A stretch of DNA of 63,162 bases, counting the filler, from Collodictyon triciliatum (taxonomy: Eukaryota): the NCBI GenBank assembly GCA_043381765.1. It is 3 parts of 3 records of this genome, joined end to end, with 100 filler letters (N's around TTAATTAATTAA, not from the genome) between each part and the next. Parts side by side here need not be neighbours in the genome. Positions count along the whole stretch, not along the records: positions 49,963 to 63,162 come from JBHJMP010001095.1; 2 more parts are not named here. One strand, written 5' to 3'. Under the pieces are notes generated by a model. That model had not been told where the DNA came from. It saw only the letters and a list, made by a program, of their open reading frames with translations, and searched no databases. A program made the translations under genes and the position numbers. Positions 56,529 through 63,162 of the stretch are shown here, piece by piece (the first letter of the stretch is position 1; every line of letters begins with the position of its first letter).

Positions 56529-56661
56529 CCTCACCAGCAGCAATTGGCCTTGTGGCAAGAAGACCACGCCCAGAACCATCGGTAAAGTCGTGTACCACAA
56601 CTCCCGGTGCGCTTTTCAGTTCAAAATCGCGAAATAAATCCAACACGTTTGGTTGAGACAT
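53610..56661 (-). CDS. SET-domain protein methyltransferase, SETD3/SETD6/Rubisco-LSMT-like, 8 exons
   Basis: GRGLLATRPIAAG, FRWAISLICTRAF, IPGIDFLNHS, GEQIFTNYGPIGNGRLVRVYGF, LSMT substrate-binding-type C-terminus; stop TAA at 53610-53612. Confidence 0.9.
53870..53985. repeat. (AAAAAC)n microsatellite, intronic
   Basis: Direct reading. Confidence 0.93.
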
Positions 56662-57760
56662 TAGACTAATCTTGTCGTTTGCTTTCGTTACCACGATACA
56701 ACAAAACCTGCTTCATAGATTAAACAATATTCTTTTCCTTTCTAAACAGACCAGATTAAAAAAAAAAAGTTGCTTTAGTCACATGGTTTCAAAGAGGAGG
56801 GCGCTCGGTGGCTTCTCTGCTTCCTTTTTCTGTGAGTGAGGATGCATACTCAAAGGATTGCTTGCAGAATGAAACTCTGCAGCACAAACTCATGTTTAAA
56901 GTCTCGCAGCCACGAACTCCATTGAAGTTTCTAGTTTAAAAAAGTAGCCCTCTCGTGAGCCGGGGATTAGAATTTGGCCACATCAAACAACCACCGGGTG
57001 TTGCGACAGAAAGTATGAATTCCACAAAAGAATAACTAAAACAATCATTTGATTATTAATCAAAACTATATGAATGTGGGTTTGTTATTATTTGATGAAT
57101 TGACATTTTGTTCATGGTATCCCAGACACAATTTTTTGATGGTGCAGATTAATCAGATGCGTATCGAAGCTTCTGTCGAAAATGATGAGTGGGTTGATTG
57201 CCACGCAACAGATTGCTTGATTATAGTGGCCATTTCATACTTATAGCTGCGCTCCTCATTGTATCCGAAGGCTAAGGAATGAAGTTAGAAAACATTAAAG
57301 AAGGAAAGGGAAAACAAGTGTTGTCCATTCCACTCTGAGTTGATAAGTTTAAAACTGTGATTAATTTCACCGCGAATAAGTCTCTGTTGCCCTGCCTGGC
57401 CGCACTTTTCTCATCACTTCGCGCACTCTGTGAAATGGCACCTGATCTAAAGCACTCGCTGCATTTTCCTGACTGTTCAATGAAGTCTAACTTTTGTATT
57501 TAAAGCGGCTAAGAAAAAGAAAAAGAAAAAAAAAAGAAAAAAAAGGAAAGGAACCAAACAACGCTGTTAATCTTTCCCAGCCGCCCATTTCATGACCCTA
57601 TACCACTCCTCCTTCGGGAGAATCGGAAAAAATTATAAAACATCATAGCTTTATCTTTTCGATCGTTTACGTATGTTTACATGGGACTGTAAGTGGAAGG
57701 AAAAGCTGGAATTAGACCATAAAGAACTCATTTCGACTCACACAGGAAACACAGTCAGAA

Positions 57761-60230
57761 ATGAAGATCGTCCTAAAAACCATGCAACGCGAGACCTTTG
57801 ATCTGGAGGTGGAGCCCAGTCTTCAAGTATGTGCTGATAATTTGGCCTTCAAACTAGTTCTTTTTACCGCCGCTTCTTTCCCCCGTCCTTTTTCTTAACT
57901 CTTTGTCTCGATCGAGGGACAGTTATCACAAAACCCCACCATAGACAAGGGCCAACGTTCTTTTCTTTTTTGTCGACAGGTGTCCGGCTTGAAAACAAGA
58001 ATCGAAACTGAACTCAACTTGGGCGCTGCCGCCAACATCAAACTCATCTACCAAGGGAAGGTACCCAAGCCATACCATAGTCTCCTCAACAGGATATACA
58101 AAAATCTAGCAACTCACGTTAAAAGCAACCAGCAAACCATACCCTCGCATGTCTAACTCATCAACCTCTCTCAAAGGTCTTGGTAGATGATGCAACCCTT
58201 GAATCAGCCTCTATTAAAGAAGGCGGCTTTGTCGTTGTGATGGTCTCCAAGGTACTTCTCTCACAAAATATTTCCGAGCAAAAGCGCACTTTTTACACAA
58301 TATATACATACATGTATATATATATATAAAGGATACTGCTTCTCCTCTACATTTATGTTTCCTTTTTCCTCATTTTTTTTCCATCAAAGTAAACATACTT
58401 GAGTAACGCCCTCTTTGTGAACTTATCCTTCCTTCAACTAACATCTATTTCACTATACTCTTTCCAGCCCAAGGCTGCTGAGCCCACCCCAAAGCCCGCC
58501 GCCCCTGCTGTGGAGGTAATTTCCCTCACTTAGTCTTGAACATATTTGCAGATGATCTTGAACGTCTCTCACATGGAACCACCTATTTGCCCATTCGCCC
58601 GTCCACAACCCCACTAGTCGACTCCGAAGCCCGTCGCCCCAGCAACACCGACTGCCGTGCCGGCCACTCCGTCCACCCCGGTTGTGTCCACACAGACAGC
58701 AACGCCTGTTGCCCCGTCCGCCCCAGCAAGACCGCAGCCCACTGAGTAAGCCTCAGTTCTGACATCATTATTATCATCACAATCAGCGTCACAATCAACA
58801 TCACAATAATCAAGTACCTCTTCCTACGAAGCCTCTACAGCCAAGCTGCCTCCCAGTTTGTCGATCGCAGTGGGATGGAGGAAATCGTCGTCCGCATTAT
58901 GGAGCTTGGTTACGAACGCGATCAGGTGGGTTTGATTTGATTCGATTTCTTATCATAACCACTACCATCGACTCAGAAAGCAAGTGACGATGCAAGACAG
59001 AAATCATATCTTCCAATATGCTGCCATATTTGGAAAAACAAAAAAACAAAAAGACATTTACTACATCTAGGTTCTCCAAGCACTCCGCCTCAGCTACAAC
59101 AATCCTGACCGTGCTGTGGAATACCTGATGACTGTGAGTCGCCAGAATTATCAATCACAATCGTCACAATCATCACAATCATCATAATGACAGGGCATGC
59201 CAGAGGCCCAAGACCCTCCTGCCAATCCTGTCCAGACACGTCCTGCCCGCCCGGCTGCTCCAACAGCAATTCCCACACCCGCTGCCACAACCACAACACC
59301 CGCCCCTGCCCCCACTGGTGCACCCATTCTGCCTTTTGGTAATGCACAAATCCCTGCCAATCCACCCACTGGGACTGCAGCTGCCCCTGGGACTGGCAAT
59401 CTGGAATTTCTGCGTAATCATCCGGTTTTCAATCAAATCCGAACAGCCGTGCAGCAGAATCCCCAGGTTGGCCTGTTGTGTTGCAATTTAGTTTTTTTTC
59501 TCTCTCTCTCTCTCTCTCTCTCTTTTTTCCCCCTCCCTTTTCTCCTCCCAACCCAATTCCCTTTCCTTTACTTAATTCGCGCTCTTAATGGCCACTGACC
59601 GTATGAAGTAAATAAGAAACGAAAAGCTTACTCTTATTCTATCATGTCCAGATTCTGCCAAACATTCTTCAAATGATTGCCACCCAGAATCCCGGATTGT
59701 TCCAGCAAATTAGCCAGAACCAACAGGAGTTTATGGACATGCTCGAGGAGACTGGCACGGGAGGCCAATACGATCCACTTGCGGCTTTGGAGGACAGCCT
59801 GCAGCTGACTCAACAGGACAAGGAGGCCATCGACCGGGTACCGTTCCAACTCCATTTCATTCTTCTTCCTCTTCCTCTTCCTCTTCCTCTTCCTCTTCCT
59901 CTTCCTCTTCCTCTTCCTCTTCCTCTTCCTCTTCCTCTTCCTCTTCCTCATGCGATCCTGTCCGCGTAGCTGGAGGGCCTCGGCTTCGACCGCGCGCAGG
60001 TTATTCAGGTCTACATTGCATGCGATAAGGTAATTGAGACATTAAATGTTTTTTTTTTTAAAAAAAATAAATAAATTTGTAACATGTTTATAACTTGCAA
60101 AACTTTATTTTTTTCTTTCTTTCCTTTTTCCTATTTCTTACTGGTAATCAGCTCCACAATTCATTTCACTCCATTATGTTAGAATGAGCAAGCTGCTGCA
60201 AATATCCTCTTCGAAAGCGACGACAACTAA
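57761..60230 (+). CDS. RAD23: RAD23 (UBL-UBA-XPC-binding-UBA), 11 exons
   Basis: MKIVLKTMQ...KLIYQGKVL; IMELGY...SYNNPDRAVEYLMTG; LEFLRNHPVFNQIRTAVQQNPQ; EAIDRLEGLGF...ACDKNEQAAANILF; stop TAA 60228-60230. Confidence 0.96.
59864..59949. repeat. (CTTCCT)n microsatellite, intronic
   Basis: Direct reading. Confidence 0.95.
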
Positions 60231-60819
60231 AGCACCACTCGAATACGACTGACCTCGACTCATCACATCTGAGTGTGATGCTACCCTTATCGCGCTCACC
60301 CGGCCGACGAATACACACATTTAGCAAACAATACCACACGGCCGTCCTTTTCTTTTCTTTCCTTTTTTTTTTCTTTTTCTCTTCTTTCTTTTTTTCCTCT
60401 CCTTTTCTCTTTGGCTCCTTCGAACTCTCAGTCTCCCCGCTTGCGATTCTTCGACTTGGCTCATATGTGTCGCTTGCCTACCTTCCTGCCTTCAGCTTCC
60501 TCCTCCTTTCACCACCCGCACGCGCAAACCTTAGCCTCGCCCCGATCCTCTTAAAATCCGCAGCCCGAAAAACAGATCACACGATCGCGCTCGAAGAGTT
60601 TTATCCAAACGCCGATCCTGGTTCGGTTTTTCTTGCGGAAGAGTTAAAATTTGGTCGGGATCCCATTCCCCACGACGACTTTTCTCTCTGCAAACCCATG
60701 ACGCGCGGCGAGAGTTGCCAATCAATGCCAAAGCTATTTTCTCTTTTCCTCTCCTTTTCTTCTTTTTTTTTTCTCCTCTCTTTTCCCTCTTTTCCCTCTG
60801 TTTCCTGTCTGTTTCCTGT

Positions 60820-61130
60820 CTTTTTCCTTCTCTTTTTCCTTCTCTTTTTCCTTCTCTTTTTCCTTCTCTTTTTCCTTCTCTTTTTTCTTCTCTTTTTTCT
60901 TCTCTTTTTTCTTCTCTTTTTTCTTCTCTTTTTTCTTCTCTTTTTTCTTCTCTTTTTTCTTCTCTTTTTTCTTCTCTTTTTCCTCTCTTTTTCCTCTCTT
61001 TTTCCTCTCTTTTTCCTCTTTTTTCCCTCTCTTTTTCCTCTTTCTTCCCTCTCTTTTTCCTCTTATTTTCTTCTTTTTTTTCTTCTTTTTTTTTCTTTTT
61101 TTCTTCTCTTTTCCCCTTTTCTTTTCCTTT
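60820..61130. repeat. Pyrimidine-rich 12-mer (TTTTCTTCTCTT-like) tandem repeat
   Basis: Direct reading; produces the spurious LLFF ORF. Confidence 0.88.
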
Positions 61131-61239
61131 TTTCTATTATTTTTTCATTTTTGCACTGGAAGGTAACATACAACAACACCAAAGCGAAAAGGGTGTTCGA
61201 CTGCTTGAGAGTGTTTGCAGAAAAGCAGTGATTCTGTCA

Positions 61240-63027
61240 ATGTCTCGATCGCAATCAAGATACCACAACATTCAAAGCGAGAATAGCGACAACAGCGACA
61301 CACTCCCTTTAATCCAAAAGCCACCCCCGTAATATTCACTTCGTTCTTTTCTTTTTCTTTCTTTTCATTCTCGCGTTTTTTTCTTCTAATTTAGTGCCAA
61401 GTTGTCTGGAGCATATATATATATATATATATTTAAAAAAAAAAGAGATGAAAAAAGAAGCAGAAAATACTCTTCAAACAACCGAAAACACAGCTCAATC
61501 AACTTTATATAAATATGAAAACAGGAGTCCTGCCATGTCAAGAAAGAAAGTCAAGCCCGTCAATGAGGAAGAAAGGCGTATATTATCCAGAAGGTCCAAG
61601 ATCCATCTATATCAGTCGTTTGCGGAGGTTTGTCATCACAAATAAAAACAAATCATGGGTTAACCCGTATTTATGCCATCAAAATGAATTAATGAGTTGT
61701 CTACCTCACCCGACCACTTTATAATTACTCTAAAAGCTCAACACATATGAATTGCGTGCACAGTCCTTTTATTTTTATCGGAAACGAAGCGCGGCGTACT
61801 TAATTATAATATATGAATTGACTATATTAGACCATCACAAAAACTGACCGCATGTTGGCCATCTTTGTTGTGAAATTTGATACTCATGGCGGAAACATGA
61901 TCGAATGGCAGGTTCTTACCCCAGTTATAATTTATCTCTTTTTTTTTTTAAAAAAAAAAAGGAAGGAAGGAAGGAAGGAAGGAAGGAAGGAAGGAAGGAA
62001 GGAAGGAAGGAAGGAAGGAAGGAAGGAAGGAAGGAAGAAAAAGCCACCTTGACGTGCACAATACATATCAAACCAAAGACAATACTTTTTTCTTCAGACA
62101 CCTGCGGATATTGATTTGAGAGGAATTGAATTCAAGGCGATGCCTAGTGGCCTACATCGAGTTGAGAAGGACTTTGTGTAATATATCAAGTCATGAAATT
62201 AATGATACTTCTGTAATTAATAAAAAAAAAAGGACTTCTTTCCGAACAATGCTCATGCATCATATATGAAAAGGTATTTTAAAAGAGGTAGTCTGTTTGG
62301 CCTGGCCGCATTTCATAGGAGAATGTTAGAAGGAGAAAACCGAGAAAGGGGCGCGAGAATGAAGAGTGTTGGCATTTTGATGCAAAATTACACAAATCTA
62401 TACGTACATCAGCCGTTTTTGGAGGAACAATCTATGTTATTTTAATACAACTTTAAAAATACATCATGATAATGAATAAGATTTTTGAATTTATACATAA
62501 AATAGAATTTGATATGATTTTGTTAAAAAAAGAATCTTAACCAAAATTTTTGAAGGTTTTTTTTTTTATAAATAATCGTATTCCAAAACATATTTTATAT
62601 TTAATGAGTTTTATAACCAACGTATACACATTTATACGTCTCTGCAGAAAGTACACAGAGCAGAGCCAGATACCGTCATTCGAGCCACTCCTGTCATATT
62701 TTGAGGCCCACAAAAGTGTTGTTTCATCGAGTGTCGATTTAACTGTAATATCATTAATTCGTAGACATGTTAATCTTTAATGAACAATAAATTAAACAAT
62801 CATACTTTTGAATTGTATATTTAGCTTAGGTGCTTGAATGATACATGCAATTTCAGAAAGATAATGAATCTGAATCATCTATTTACAGATTACCCATCCT
62901 GTCGGTTCCTTTTTCAACTTCATCGGGAGTTATCTGGATAACATTATACCATTGTGGAAAGCGTCAATGCTTGGTCTTCGAATTCTGTACTTCAACGAAC
63001 CTCCCGTGGGTCCGTCCGCCTTTACTG
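61240..63027 (+). CDS. DENND11: DENND11/LCHN-family DENN protein, 3' partial
   Basis: IFVVKFDTHGGNMIEW, GIEFKAMPSGLH...DFVYF, ERGARMKSVGIL, ITHP...LWKASMLGLRILYF; continues past window end. Confidence 0.85.
61961..62036. repeat. (GGAA)n microsatellite, intronic
   Basis: Direct reading. Confidence 0.95.
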
Positions 63028-63065
63028 GTAAAAATAGTTAATGCATACTGCAAATAAAAGGGTGC

Positions 63066-63066
<1 letters not shown>

Positions 63067-63162
<96 letters not shown>
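63067..63162. repeat. (ATT)n microsatellite, intronic
   Basis: Direct reading. Confidence 0.95.

Noticed and set aside
29928-60230. Functional cluster of repair and ubiquitin genes (cullin, RAD54B, RAD23)
   Set aside because: Interspersed with unrelated genes, mixed orientation, no shared motif seen; likely chance.
60275-61231. Long low-complexity ORFs (LLFF, poly-I/V/L/N/Y, ISSHL, YVCM)
   Set aside because: Translations of microsatellites in introns or intergenic DNA.

Overview
Eukaryotic nuclear DNA from an AT-rich, very intron-dense, microsatellite-rich microbial eukaryote; the standard genetic code fits and the lineage cannot be fixed from sequence alone. The ORF track is mostly exon fragments and repeat artefacts. 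Splicing by hand gives about 14 genes: PIP5K (5' partial), a two-RRM SR splicing factor, a ~53-exon ABCA transporter, an orphan two-TM protein, an orphan with a candidate LIR motif, ATG1/ULK, a divergent cullin, RAD54B-like helicase, a MORN-repeat protein, an orphan coiled-coil protein, a two-repeat MYB, a SETD3/LSMT-like methyltransferase, RAD23 and DENND11 (3' partial). A small ORF at 52.7-53.1 kb is uncertain. The most interesting signal is the splicing system. There is a clear U12-type AT-AC intron (phase 0) in ABCA and a 4-nt microexon needed for a conserved motif in RAD54B. There are also GC-AG introns with weak donors, U12-like branch points paired with non-U12 donors, about 10 introns/kb, frequent GTT donors and AAG acceptors, and little polypyrimidine tract. 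Two 100-nt N/TTAATTAATTAA spacers are assembly artefacts. All gene models are manual, without RNA or database support.
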